The notes beneath the pieces are model-generated. The model was not told where the DNA came from, did no database searches, and saw nothing but the letters and a program-made list of their open reading frames with translations. Shown here in pieces: positions 9,184 to 18,569 of a stretch of 64,000 bases of DNA (position 1 is its first letter; each line of letters starts with the position of its first letter). Source of the DNA: an uncultured bacterium (GTDB lineage Bacteria; Acidobacteriota; Thermoanaerobaculia; Multivoradales; JAHZIX01); assembly GCA_965368975.1 (NCBI GenBank), contig CBDUPA010000004.1, forward strand, positions 299,051 to 363,050, in the 5' to 3' direction. A program made the position numbers and the translations under genes.

Positions 9184-9666
9184 CTACTCGAAGAAGTTCT
9201 GATACTCCTCCAGGAGCCCGTGCACCTTCTGTGCACTGGCTAGTTGTCCACTCTCTTGCAGTGAGCTCACGGCCGGCATATACGCTCCCAGGTACTTGTG
9301 CAGTTCGTTGTGTCCGGCACCGGTCATCGTGCAGCCCGCGATCAAGGCGTCGATATCTTCGCGCAGTGCAGCACCAAGGGCGGCCAACTCTTCCGGCGAA
9401 GCTTCTTCTTCCTCGAGGCCTTCGAACCTACCTGCCATGGTCGAGAACATGGATCGGGTGTGGTCGTCCATGAGCCACTTCTCCTCGCCGTTGAGGGATA
9501 GGGCTAGCGGTGCAGCATCGGAGCTCGAAGGCGCTGCGTGGTCTTCGTGACTCTCGTGGTCTTCGTGACTCTCGTGATGGGCGTCCGTGGCCTCATGGTG
9601 GCCGCCGCAGCCCACGATCAAGATGATGAGAGCTAGGCTGAGGCTGAGTAGCAAGGTTGCTTTCAT
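9184..9666 (-). CDS. His-rich lipoprotein with helical domain (DnrO-like)
   Basis: MKATLLLSLSLALIILIVGC lipobox-like signal; HHEATDAHHESHEDHESHEDH; LNGEEKW..D and CTMTG..HNELH motifs. Confidence 0.65.
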   Translation of the reverse strand: MKATLLLSLSLALIILIVGCGGHHEATDAHHESHEDHESHEDHAAPSSSDAAPLALSLNGEEKWLMDDHTRSMFSTMAGRFEGLEEEEASPEELAALGAALREDIDALIAGCTMTGAGHNELHKYLGAYMPAVSSLQESGQLASAQKVHGLLEEYQNFFE

Positions 9667-9736
9667 GAAGGTCTCCACTGGCTTGCGCGGATGTAGGTTC
9701 TCGTCGTTATGAGTGATCTGGCTGCATACGCTTCCG

Positions 9737-10045
9737 CTACCGCTCTGTCGGTGGCGTGTCCACGACGGTGTTCGCAAGGATCCCATGTGCCGTGACATCG
9801 ACGGGCCGGTGCGTTACCTCGATCGAGGCGGGATACTTTCCGAGGAAGTTTCCGCCCTTCAGATCCTGCCGCGGCCGGATAGGGCGGGGCCAAAAACCGC
9901 CGCCACAATTTGGGCAGACATTCTTCAAAGCTCCCTCGACGCAAGACCTGCAGAAGGTGCACTCGAAGGAACAGATTCTGGCTTCTGTAGATTCGGGAGG
10001 CAAGGGGGTGTTGCAGTTTTCGCACGTCGGTCGAAGTTCAAGCAC
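9737..10045 (-). CDS. DUF1272 family Cys-rich small protein
   Basis: MLELRPTCENC...ARICSFECTFCRSC...CPNCGG signature. Confidence 0.88.
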   Translation of the reverse strand: MLELRPTCENCNTPLPPESTEARICSFECTFCRSCVEGALKNVCPNCGGGFWPRPIRPRQDLKGGNFLGKYPASIEVTHRPVDVTAHGILANTVVDTPPTER

Positions 10046-10239
10046 TGGAATTCCTCAAAGCTGGATTAGGGACGTTGGGATCTTGCTTGCGAATCCGGCT
10101 GACGAACTTGCTTCTAGGTCCGTCCTGCCAGAGACGCATCGCTCTACGAAGACGCCAGCCAGAGTTCTGACCTTGCTGGCTGCTCAGGTCCATCTTAGAC
10201 CGCAGGGCTCCGTGCTGGGTGATGCGGTAGAGTTGAGGC

Positions 10240-11022
10240 ATGGACGAACAGATCCGGGACCTGACGGTGGCCGAAGAGCCCTGCGTCTACCTCTCGGGTC
10301 AGCGAGCCCGGCTGCACTACCGCTACATCGAGGGCTGCCATGCCGAGACCTACCAGGAGATGTTGGAGCGGGGTTGGCGGCGTTTCGGACGGGGCTTTTT
10401 CCGGCCGGAGTGCCAGGCTTGCGCCGAGTGTCGCAGCCTGCGAGTGTGCGTCGAGGACTTCCAGCCAGATCGCTCCATGCGCCGCACGGCTCGCCGCAAT
10501 CGAGACCTGCGGGTACAGCTGGCGCGGCCCGGAGTGACGCCGGAGCACCTCGACCTCTATCACCGCTACCACGCGGACATGAGCGAGCGGAAGCAGTGGC
10601 CGCGTTCGCGCTCGGGACCGCTGGACTACTTTCACACCTTCGTCGAGGGCTACGAGGAGTTTGGCTACGAGCTGCGGTTCCGTCTGCAGGACGAGTTGCT
10701 CGGCGTGGCGCTGGTCGATCTGCTGCCGCAGGCGCTGTCCGCGGTCTACTGCTACTACGCGCCGGAGCAGCGGCAGCGTGGCCTCGGTGTCTTCTCGGTG
10801 TTGCAGCAGGTGGCCCTGGCGCGGCAGCTACAAAGGCCTCGGGTCTACCTGGGTTTTCTGGTGGAAGGCAACGCCAGCATGCGGTACAAGGCGCGCTACC
10901 GTCCGTATGAGTTGCTGAGCGGCCGGCCGTCCTTCGACGAGGCCCCCACGTGGGCGCTACCCGTCGAGATGTGCGACGTTCCGGCGCCGGCCGCGCAATC
11001 CTCATCGGCGGAGACTTCATGA
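10240..11022 (+). CDS. Arginyl-tRNA-protein transferase family (Ate/Bpt)
   Basis: PCVYL, GWRRFG, CQACAEC, LSAVYCYYAP, YLGF...MRYKARYRP motifs. Confidence 0.9.
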   Translation: MDEQIRDLTVAEEPCVYLSGQRARLHYRYIEGCHAETYQEMLERGWRRFGRGFFRPECQACAECRSLRVCVEDFQPDRSMRRTARRNRDLRVQLARPGVTPEHLDLYHRYHADMSERKQWPRSRSGPLDYFHTFVEGYEEFGYELRFRLQDELLGVALVDLLPQALSAVYCYYAPEQRQRGLGVFSVLQQVALARQLQRPRVYLGFLVEGNASMRYKARYRPYELLSGRPSFDEAPTWALPVEMCDVPAPAAQSSSAETS

Positions 11023-12692
11023 CGCACAGTCCAAGCTCTTCTTCTCAGCGTTCCACACCCTCCACACCTGCCGCCCCTGGCGCCTCGGCGCGGCACCGGC
11101 GCTGGCTCGGTGGCGTGATCGTGGTGTTCTGGCTGCTCGTCATGGGCTGGTGGCTGTCCGGTCAGCTCGGCCGCACGGCTTCGCTGCCGGCCGGGGGTAT
11201 CGCCGCGCCCTCGGACAGCTGGTACGGGCTCTACCTGGGAGACGTGACGCCGGACCAACTGGCTACGGCCGAGCGGCAGCAGATCGGTCGCTTGCATGTG
11301 GTGCAGGAGCCGGAGGAGCGCAGCGGAGAGGGAGGCCGGCCCGAAGAGGGCCAGCGCACCGAACTGACCGCTGAGCTGGCGTTGACCCTGTTCGGCGAAG
11401 CGACGCAGCTGCAGCTCGACGGGCAGCTGTGGCGGGCGCTCGATGGTGAACCGGTGGAGTTGCGCTTTGCCTTGACCTCGCGCGGGCAGAGCACGAACGC
11501 CCGCGCCCGCGTGGCTGAAGGGCGGCTGCGGGGCACGGTGGAGACGGGTGGGGAAGAGACGCCGCTCGACTTTCCGGTCGACGGAGACCTGCTGCTGGCC
11601 GGCGGTTTTGGTGCGTCGCTGCAGTTGCCGGTGCCGGCCGTCGGCGAGGAGGTGCGGCTCGACAGCTTCGATCCGATGACGCTCGGTCGCGGCGAGGCAA
11701 GGCTGCGGGCGTTGCGTGTCGAGATGGTCGAGATCGATGATGAGCAGGTCGAGGCGACTGTGGTCGAGGTCACGACAGCAGGTCTCAGCTCGACCGCCTG
11801 GGTCTCGGCGAACGGTGACGTGCTGCGCGCGACGACTCCGCTCGGACTGACGCTGGAGCGCATCGCCGCACCAGTGGAAGGTGATGTCGAGATCGCCAGC
11901 GGACCGGACGGCTCCCTCCTAGAGCTGACCGCGATCCGACCGACGGGGCCACCTGAGGGGCAACGTGTCGAGCGCGGGATGCGGCATCTGAAGCTGCGTC
12001 TACGCGGGGCTGCCGAGGCGTTGGCGGCGATTCCCGGAGATCGAGTGCAGCGCCGCGCGGCGGACGGGCGGGAAGGCGTTGTCCTCGACATAACAGTTCC
12101 CAACATACCCGTGTCGTCGCCACCCAACGGCGAAAGCACGGCCGCCGCGGTGGATCCGGAGCCCGCCTGGCTGGCCGCCGCGCCTTTTGTGCAGAGCGAC
12201 CATCCACGCATCCGTGAGCAGGCCGCGCGCATTCTCGCCGACGCCGGCGTCAGCGACGCCGATCCGTGGACGCGGGCGCGGGCCCTCGCCGACTGGGTCT
12301 ATGCAGCGCTCGACAAGCGAGCTGTGCTCAGCGTGCCGTCGGCGCTCGACGTGCTGGCCACGCGCGAGGGCGACTGCAACGAGCACACAGTGCTCTACAC
12401 CGCGCTAGCGCGGGCGTCCGGCATTCCGTCGCGCATCGCGATTGGTCTCGTCTGGAGCGACGAGGCGCCTGGGCTAGAAGGAGAGGGTGGCTTCTACTAC
12501 CACGCCTGGCCCGAAGTTCTGACCGCCGACGGCTGGCTGTGGCTCGATCCGACGCTCGGTCAGCCGCTGGCCGACGCGACCCACGTCAAGCTGCTCAACG
12601 GTGGCATCGAGACCTGGACCCGCCTGCTCCCTCACCTCGGGCGCTTGCAGATCGACGTTCTGGAGGCAGAACTTCCGGAGACCACGCCATGA
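11019..12692 (+). CDS. Membrane-anchored transglutaminase-like protein
   Basis: N-terminal TM; catalytic triad GDCNEH / YYHAWPE / WLDPT; ATG 11019 overlaps the upstream stop. Confidence 0.87.
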   Translation: MTHSPSSSSQRSTPSTPAAPGASARHRRWLGGVIVVFWLLVMGWWLSGQLGRTASLPAGGIAAPSDSWYGLYLGDVTPDQLATAERQQIGRLHVVQEPEERSGEGGRPEEGQRTELTAELALTLFGEATQLQLDGQLWRALDGEPVELRFALTSRGQSTNARARVAEGRLRGTVETGGEETPLDFPVDGDLLLAGGFGASLQLPVPAVGEEVRLDSFDPMTLGRGEARLRALRVEMVEIDDEQVEATVVEVTTAGLSSTAWVSANGDVLRATTPLGLTLERIAAPVEGDVEIASGPDGSLLELTAIRPTGPPEGQRVERGMRHLKLRLRGAAEALAAIPGDRVQRRAADGREGVVLDITVPNIPVSSPPNGESTAAAVDPEPAWLAAAPFVQSDHPRIREQAARILADAGVSDADPWTRARALADWVYAALDKRAVLSVPSALDVLATREGDCNEHTVLYTALARASGIPSRIAIGLVWSDEAPGLEGEGGFYYHAWPEVLTADGWLWLDPTLGQPLADATHVKLLNGGIETWTRLLPHLGRLQIDVLEAELPETTP

Positions 12693-13414
12693 TCCACCTG
12701 CAGAGTCTGACCAAGCGCTTCGGTGCCAAGACGGCTGTCGACAATCTCGACCTGCGCATCGACGAGGGCGAGTTCTTCTGCTTCCTCGGTCCGAACGGTG
12801 CCGGTAAGACCACCACCATCAAGATGCTCACCGGGCTCATTCACCCGACTGAGGGGCGCGCGGTGGTCGGCGGTTTTGACGTGCGTGAGCATCCCGTCGA
12901 GGCCAAGCGCCTGCTCGGCTACATCCCGGATCACCCCTTTCTCTACGACAAGCTCACCGGTCGCGAGCTGATGCGCTTCGTCGCCGGTCTCTACCAACTC
13001 GACGCCGCGCGCGCTGAGCAGCGCACCGAGGAACTGCTGGAGCAGTTCGAGATCCGTCACGTCGGTGATCAGTTGGTCGAGGACTACAGCCACGGCATGC
13101 GCCAGAAGCTCAGTTTCGCTTCCACCTTCCTGCACGAGCCAAGGGCGGTGATCGTCGACGAGCCATGGGTCGGCCTCGACCCGAAGAACATCCACAGCGT
13201 CAAGGCCTACCTGCGCGAGCAGGCGCGCCACGGGCTGACGATCTTCATGTCGACGCACACGCTGAGCATTGCCGAAGAGGTCGCGGACCGCGTTGGCATC
13301 ATCCACGGAGGCCGCTTGCGCCACGTCGGTACGGTCGACGAGATCAAAGCGCTGGCCGAGCACCCCGGCTCGCTGGAGGAGATCTTCCTGCGCCTGACGG
13401 AGGACGCCGCCTGA
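12689..13414 (+). CDS. ABC transporter ATP-binding protein (ABC-2 type)
   Basis: GPNGAGKTT, YSHGMRQK, IVDEP, STH motifs; ATG 12689 overlaps the upstream stop. Confidence 0.95.
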   Translation: MIHLQSLTKRFGAKTAVDNLDLRIDEGEFFCFLGPNGAGKTTTIKMLTGLIHPTEGRAVVGGFDVREHPVEAKRLLGYIPDHPFLYDKLTGRELMRFVAGLYQLDAARAEQRTEELLEQFEIRHVGDQLVEDYSHGMRQKLSFASTFLHEPRAVIVDEPWVGLDPKNIHSVKAYLREQARHGLTIFMSTHTLSIAEEVADRVGIIHGGRLRHVGTVDEIKALAEHPGSLEEIFLRLTEDAA

Positions 13415-15144
13415 TGCGGCGACGCTGGGGCGGTCCACTGGCCGCCTTGTTCTGGGCCAAGCTGCGGCAGTCGCGCCATGCCATCGCGTCCGTGCGCCGG
13501 GAGTCGCGGCTCAAGGTGGCGCTGGTGTCGGTGTCGACGTTGCTGCTGTGGAGCGGTGGCTTCTGGCTCAGCCGCCGTGGTCTGCGCTGGCTGGACGGTA
13601 TCGGCGGTGAGATTCTCGGTCTCGGCCGCGCCGACATCCCGCTCGATGAACTGGTGCTGGCGCGGCTGCTGTCGCTGGCGGCGCTGGCGTTGCTCGTCTT
13701 GCTGGTGTTCTCGAACATCCTGGTCGCCTACGCCACCTTCTACCGCTCGCGCGAGGTGGCTTACCTGATCCATGCGCCGCTCGGTTGGCGCACGATCTTC
13801 CTTGGCCGTTTCGCCGAGTGCGTCAGTCTCAGTTCCTGGGCCTCCGCCTTCCTGGGTTCGCCGCTCCTGCTCGCCTATGGCTTGCACGTTGACGCGCCCG
13901 TCGGCTTCTACCTTGCCCTGCTCCTGGTCTACGTTCCCTTCGTCACCCTGCCGGCGGCAGCCGGGACTGCCGTCACGTTGATACTGGTACGTTGGCTGCC
14001 ACGGTTGCGCGAGCGCGCAGCGCTTCTGCTCGCCGTCGCCGTACTGGCGCTCGGTGGCCTCTACGTGCTTTTCCGCACGCGACTGCAGCTGCCCGATTTC
14101 ACCGGTGTTGCGACGTTGCCGGCCATCCTCGATCTCATGGGCAGCGGTCAGAGCGCCTTCCTGCCCAGTCAGTGGGCGGTCGACGCCGTGCTCGCGGCGG
14201 CGGCCGGAGACTGGATGACGCTGGCGGGGCGCTGGCTGTTGCTGGTCGCCAACGCCGCCTTCGTCGTCTTCCTGGTGGCCGAGCTTGCCGCGCGCTGGTT
14301 CCATCCCGGCTGGTCCGGTCTGATCGGCATGGATCGTCAACGTCTCAAGCCGCTGGGCAAGGGGCCCCTGGCCTGGTTCGAACGCGCTCTGTCGCCCCTG
14401 CCCGAGCCGCTGCGCTCGCTGCTGGTCAAGGACATCAAGCTCTTCTGGCGCGACCCGGCGCAGTGGACGCAATTCGTTCTCTTCTTCGGCGTCCTGATTC
14501 TCTACGCCGCCAACCTGCGCAGCACGTCGCCCGCGCTCGACCCTGAGCTGTGGCAGAGCCTGATCACCCTGCTCAACCTGGTCGTCTCGATGCTCATCCT
14601 GGCGACGCTCACGACACGCTTCATCTTCCCGCTGATCAGCCTCGAAGGTCGCCGCTTCTGGATCCTCGGCTTGGCACCGTTGACCCTGCGGCAGGTGGTG
14701 CGCCAGAAGCTGCTCTTGAGCGTCGGCCTGACCTCGACCTTCACCGTCGCCCTGATTACGCTTACCAGCCTGCGCCTCGGTCTCGACGCCGGCGCCATGT
14801 GGCTCAGCCTCTACGGCATCGGCGCCGCCAACCTGGCGCTCTCCGGGCTGGCCGTGGGCCTTGGAGCGCTCTATCCGAACTTCCGCGAGGACAACCCCTC
14901 GCGCATCGTCTCCGGTCTCGGCGGCACCCTCACGTTCATCCTCAGCATGGTCTTCGTTGTGCTCATGGGCAGCGTGTTGACGGTCTTGCTGCAGTGGCCC
15001 TTCCTGAGTCGCGTCGGCGGTTGGACGTGGCCCTACGAGCAGGTGCTGGCGATCGGTGTCGTGGTCGTCGCGGTGCTCTCCGGCGTCACGTGCCTGCTGC
15101 CCCTGCGCCTCGGCCTGCGACACTTGCAGCGCGCCGACTTCTGA
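13414..15144 (+). CDS. ABC transporter permease (multi-TM)
   Basis: Many TM segments; KDIKLFWRDP and ISLEGRRFWIL motifs; TGATG overlap with the ATPase. Confidence 0.85.
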   Translation: MRRRWGGPLAALFWAKLRQSRHAIASVRRESRLKVALVSVSTLLLWSGGFWLSRRGLRWLDGIGGEILGLGRADIPLDELVLARLLSLAALALLVLLVFSNILVAYATFYRSREVAYLIHAPLGWRTIFLGRFAECVSLSSWASAFLGSPLLLAYGLHVDAPVGFYLALLLVYVPFVTLPAAAGTAVTLILVRWLPRLRERAALLLAVAVLALGGLYVLFRTRLQLPDFTGVATLPAILDLMGSGQSAFLPSQWAVDAVLAAAAGDWMTLAGRWLLLVANAAFVVFLVAELAARWFHPGWSGLIGMDRQRLKPLGKGPLAWFERALSPLPEPLRSLLVKDIKLFWRDPAQWTQFVLFFGVLILYAANLRSTSPALDPELWQSLITLLNLVVSMLILATLTTRFIFPLISLEGRRFWILGLAPLTLRQVVRQKLLLSVGLTSTFTVALITLTSLRLGLDAGAMWLSLYGIGAANLALSGLAVGLGALYPNFREDNPSRIVSGLGGTLTFILSMVFVVLMGSVLTVLLQWPFLSRVGGWTWPYEQVLAIGVVVVAVLSGVTCLLPLRLGLRHLQRADF

Positions 15145-15156
15145 GCCGGTCCCGCG

Positions 15157-15229
15157 AGGACACGAACCCAGGAACATGTTTGCGGGACGCGAACCCAGGA
15201 ACATGTTTGCGGGACGCGAACCCAGGAAC
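15157..15229. repeat. 27-bp tandem repeat, about 2.7 copies
   Basis: GGGACGCGAACCCAGGAACATGTTTGC units starting at 15157 (2 mismatches), 15184 and 15211 (partial). Confidence 0.9.
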
Positions 15230-15313
15230 TCAGGGGATTGTGTCGCGCTGAGTCGGCGCGTATCCTTCGGGATGACAGTACATGACTTCCGTGTCTCGCT
15301 CCTGGAGGAACCC

Positions 15314-17503
15314 ATGCTCAATCTCAGCCTTTCCCCAGCCCTCGGCTCGTCCGGGCTCGATAGCTCCGTCGACGGCGGACCCGTCATCGCCGTGCTGGTC
15401 ATGATCCTGGCGCTCGCCCTCGGTCTCGGCGCCGGTCGTGTCGCCAGTGCCAGCACTTCCGAGGTGTCGCCTTCGCCCGCCCACGTGGCCGATGCCGAGG
15501 TACAAGCCGCCATCGACGCGCTCGTTGAGCAGCACGGTGATGCCGAAGCCGAGCGCATCCGCCGCGGTGTCGCCCAGGTGCGCGATTTCTGGCGCCTGGG
15601 TGAGGATGGTGATGCCGATGCCTTCCGCGCCTTCGTCGAGGCCGAGTTCGTGCCCCAAGGCGAGCAGCTGGACGAGGTCTTCGAGCGCTTCGAGTTCGCC
15701 CTTGAACGGATCGACGGCTACTTCAACTCGATGGGCCGCGACCTCAGCCTGCAAGCCGATCTCGACCGCGGGCCTCTGCTGTCGCTCGACCATCGCCTGG
15801 CCGCCTACAACCCAGGTGCTCACGTGCTCGATGACATGTTCCAGAACCAGATGGCCTTCATCGCGCTGCTCAATTTCCCGCTCAGCAGCCTCGACCAGCG
15901 CCTCGAAGAGGGCATGGAGTGGTCGCGTCGCCAGTGGGCCGAGGCACGCCTGGCGCAGTACTTCTCGAGCCGCGTACCGGCGTCGGTGAGCCAGCGCATC
16001 AGCCAGACCATGTCGGACGCCGATTCCTACATCAACGCCTATAACATCTACATGCACAACCTGCTCACGGACGACGGCAGGCGTCCCTTTCCCGAAGGGC
16101 TGCGGTTGATCAGCCATTGGGGGCTGCGTGACGAGCTGAAGGCGCGCTACGCCGACCCGCAGGGTCTGGAGAAGCAGCGCCTCATCAAGACCGTCTTCGA
16201 CCGCATTGTGCGCCAGGAGATCCCCGCCGCCGTGGTCGACAATCCGAGTCTGGACTGGAATCCGGTGACCAACGACGTACGGGTTTCGGCGTTGCAGTCC
16301 GAGGATCGGCTAGATGCCAAGGTGTCTACGGCGCGCGAGCCGGACACGCGCTACCAGCACTGGCTGGGTATCTTCCAGGCCGTCCGCCTGGCTGATCCCT
16401 ACTACCCCGGTGACATGACCTTCATCGATCGTCGTTTCGAACGCGGTCGTGAGATCCCTGAGGCAGAGGTCCAGGAGCTGTTCGAGACGCTGCTGGCTGC
16501 GCCGGTGGGTAAGCAGGTTGCCGAGCTGGTCTCCCAGCGCCTCGGCCGACCGCTCGAACCCTTCGACATTTGGTACACCGGCTTCAAGCCCGGTGGTGGT
16601 TACCCTGAAGAGCAGCTCGACGAGGTCACGGAAGCGCGCTACCCGAGTGTCGACGCCTACGCCAAAGACATGCCGCGCCTGCTGCAGGATCTTGGTTTCA
16701 CCGAAGAGAAGGCTCAGTTCCTGGCCGAGAACATCGTCGTCCAGCGCTCGCGCGGTGCCGGGCACGCGCTCGGCGCGGCTCGCCGCGACGACAAGGCGTA
16801 CCTGCGCACCCGCGTTGCCGGTGAAGGCATGAACTACAAGGGCTTCAACATCGCGGTGCACGAGATGGGGCACACCGTCGAGCAAGTCTTCTCGATCACT
16901 ACGATCGACCACACCCTGCTCGAAGGCGTCCCCAACACCGCCTTCACCGAAGCGCTGGCCTTCGTCTTCCAGGATCGCGATCTCGAGCTGCTCGGCCTCA
17001 CCGAACCGGACGCCTCCGCTGAGCACTTTGCCGCGCTCGACAACTTCTGGAACAGCCGCGAGATCATGGGCGTCGCCCTGGTGGACATGGCCGCCTGGAA
17101 CTGGCTCTACGAGCACCCGGAAGCCACGGCCAGCGAGTTCCGCGACGCCGTCCTGACCATCGCGCGCGACATCTGGAACCGCTACTACGCGGACATCTTC
17201 GGCAGCCGCGACGAGACCCTGCTGGCGGTCTACTCGCACATGGTCGACGGCGCCATGTACACCCCCGACTACCCCCTCGGTCATGTCATCGCCTTCCAGA
17301 TCGAGAGCTACTTCCGCGGCTCTGACAAGCCGCTCGGCGTCGAGTACGAGCGCCTGTGCAAACTCGGTCAGATCACTCCGGATGCCTGGCTGCGCCAAGG
17401 GCTCGGCGCCCCGCTCTCCGTGCAGCCCCTGCTCGACGCCAGCGCCGAGGCGGTCGAGGCTCTGAGTGGTTCGGGTGAGGTGACCGCCGCGGCAGGAAAC
17501 TGA
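15314..17503 (+). CDS. Exported gluzincin-type (M3/M2-like) zinc metallopeptidase
   Basis: HEMGH followed by NTAFTEA third-ligand motif; N-terminal hydrophobic signal; ATG 15314 after GGAGGA. Confidence 0.65.
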   Translation: MLNLSLSPALGSSGLDSSVDGGPVIAVLVMILALALGLGAGRVASASTSEVSPSPAHVADAEVQAAIDALVEQHGDAEAERIRRGVAQVRDFWRLGEDGDADAFRAFVEAEFVPQGEQLDEVFERFEFALERIDGYFNSMGRDLSLQADLDRGPLLSLDHRLAAYNPGAHVLDDMFQNQMAFIALLNFPLSSLDQRLEEGMEWSRRQWAEARLAQYFSSRVPASVSQRISQTMSDADSYINAYNIYMHNLLTDDGRRPFPEGLRLISHWGLRDELKARYADPQGLEKQRLIKTVFDRIVRQEIPAAVVDNPSLDWNPVTNDVRVSALQSEDRLDAKVSTAREPDTRYQHWLGIFQAVRLADPYYPGDMTFIDRRFERGREIPEAEVQELFETLLAAPVGKQVAELVSQRLGRPLEPFDIWYTGFKPGGGYPEEQLDEVTEARYPSVDAYAKDMPRLLQDLGFTEEKAQFLAENIVVQRSRGAGHALGAARRDDKAYLRTRVAGEGMNYKGFNIAVHEMGHTVEQVFSITTIDHTLLEGVPNTAFTEALAFVFQDRDLELLGLTEPDASAEHFAALDNFWNSREIMGVALVDMAAWNWLYEHPEATASEFRDAVLTIARDIWNRYYADIFGSRDETLLAVYSHMVDGAMYTPDYPLGHVIAFQIESYFRGSDKPLGVEYERLCKLGQITPDAWLRQGLGAPLSVQPLLDASAEAVEALSGSGEVTAAAGN

Positions 17504-17504
17504 C

Positions 17505-18557
17505 GTGGTGTCCACGGGAACCGCCGGTGGCGTCTGGGTCGATCCAGACGCCCTGGCGGCTGTCATGCACCGTGCGCTCACCGCGCGCGACCTGAGCGAA
17601 GAGCATGCCGGCTTCGTCGTCGATGGTCTCGTCGAGGCGTCCAAGCGGGGTGTCGATACCCATGGCGTGCGTCTGTTCAGGACCTACCTCAACGAACTCG
17701 ACGGTGGCCGAGCCAAGGCCCATCCGCAGTTCCAGTGGCACGAAGCCGGCACCGCAGCCCGCGTCCTCGACGCCGGTGCCGCACTCGGCATGGTCGCCGG
17801 TCGCAGTGCCGCCGCCGAAGCCGTGAATCTGGCCAAGCAGCACGGTGTCGGCGTCGTCGTGGTGCGCAACTCCAACCACTTCGGTCCCGCCTCCTGCTAC
17901 ACCCTGGAGATGGCGCGCCACCGTGTCCTCGGCCTCGCCTGCACCAACAGTGATGCCCTCGTTGCGCCCTTCGGTGGATGCAGCCCTCTCGTCGGCACCA
18001 ATCCCATCAGCATGACGGTCGAAGCCGATGAAGACGACCTCTTCTGTGCCGACTTCGCCACCAGCCAGGTCTCCTACTCCAAGGTCAAGCACTATCGCGC
18101 CCACGGTCGAGACCTGGAAGCCGGTTGGGCCGTCAACGCCGAGGGTGTCGACGTGGCCAGGTCGGAGGATCGGGATGTGGCAGCGCTACAGCCCTTGGGT
18201 GGTTACAAGGGAGAGTGTCTCGGGCTGATGGTCGAGATCCTGTGCCCCCTGCTCGCCGGCGAACCCTACGACCACGAGCTGAGTCACCTTTACGGCGAAC
18301 CCTACGATGAACCACGCCGCGTCGCCCACTTCTTCCTCGGTCTGCACCTGCCGCTGTTTACGGATGAGCAGGTGTTCCGTGCTCGCCTGCGGCAAATGCT
18401 GCAACGCGTGCGCGCCGAGTCGGGGGAGCGGGGAGACGTGATGGTGCCGGGCGATCCGGAGACCCGCTACGCGGCACAGCGTCGAGAGAAGGGTATTCCC
18501 TTGACGGACGAAGAGGCGTCGTGGTTCCGGGGGCTGCCTGGAGGCGAGAGCCTGTAA
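17505..18557 (+). CDS. Ldh_2 family (AllD/ComC-like) oxidoreductase
   Basis: RGVDTHG, RNSNHFG, GTNPIS, DFATS, PLGGYKG, VPGDPE motifs. Confidence 0.9.
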   Translation: MVSTGTAGGVWVDPDALAAVMHRALTARDLSEEHAGFVVDGLVEASKRGVDTHGVRLFRTYLNELDGGRAKAHPQFQWHEAGTAARVLDAGAALGMVAGRSAAAEAVNLAKQHGVGVVVVRNSNHFGPASCYTLEMARHRVLGLACTNSDALVAPFGGCSPLVGTNPISMTVEADEDDLFCADFATSQVSYSKVKHYRAHGRDLEAGWAVNAEGVDVARSEDRDVAALQPLGGYKGECLGLMVEILCPLLAGEPYDHELSHLYGEPYDEPRRVAHFFLGLHLPLFTDEQVFRARLRQMLQRVRAESGERGDVMVPGDPETRYAAQRREKGIPLTDEEASWFRGLPGGESL

Positions 18558-18569
18558 GGTGGGCGCCGC

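Noticed and set aside
15157-15229. Possible mini-CRISPR array
   Set aside because: Units are directly tandem with no unique spacers, and no cas genes are in the window
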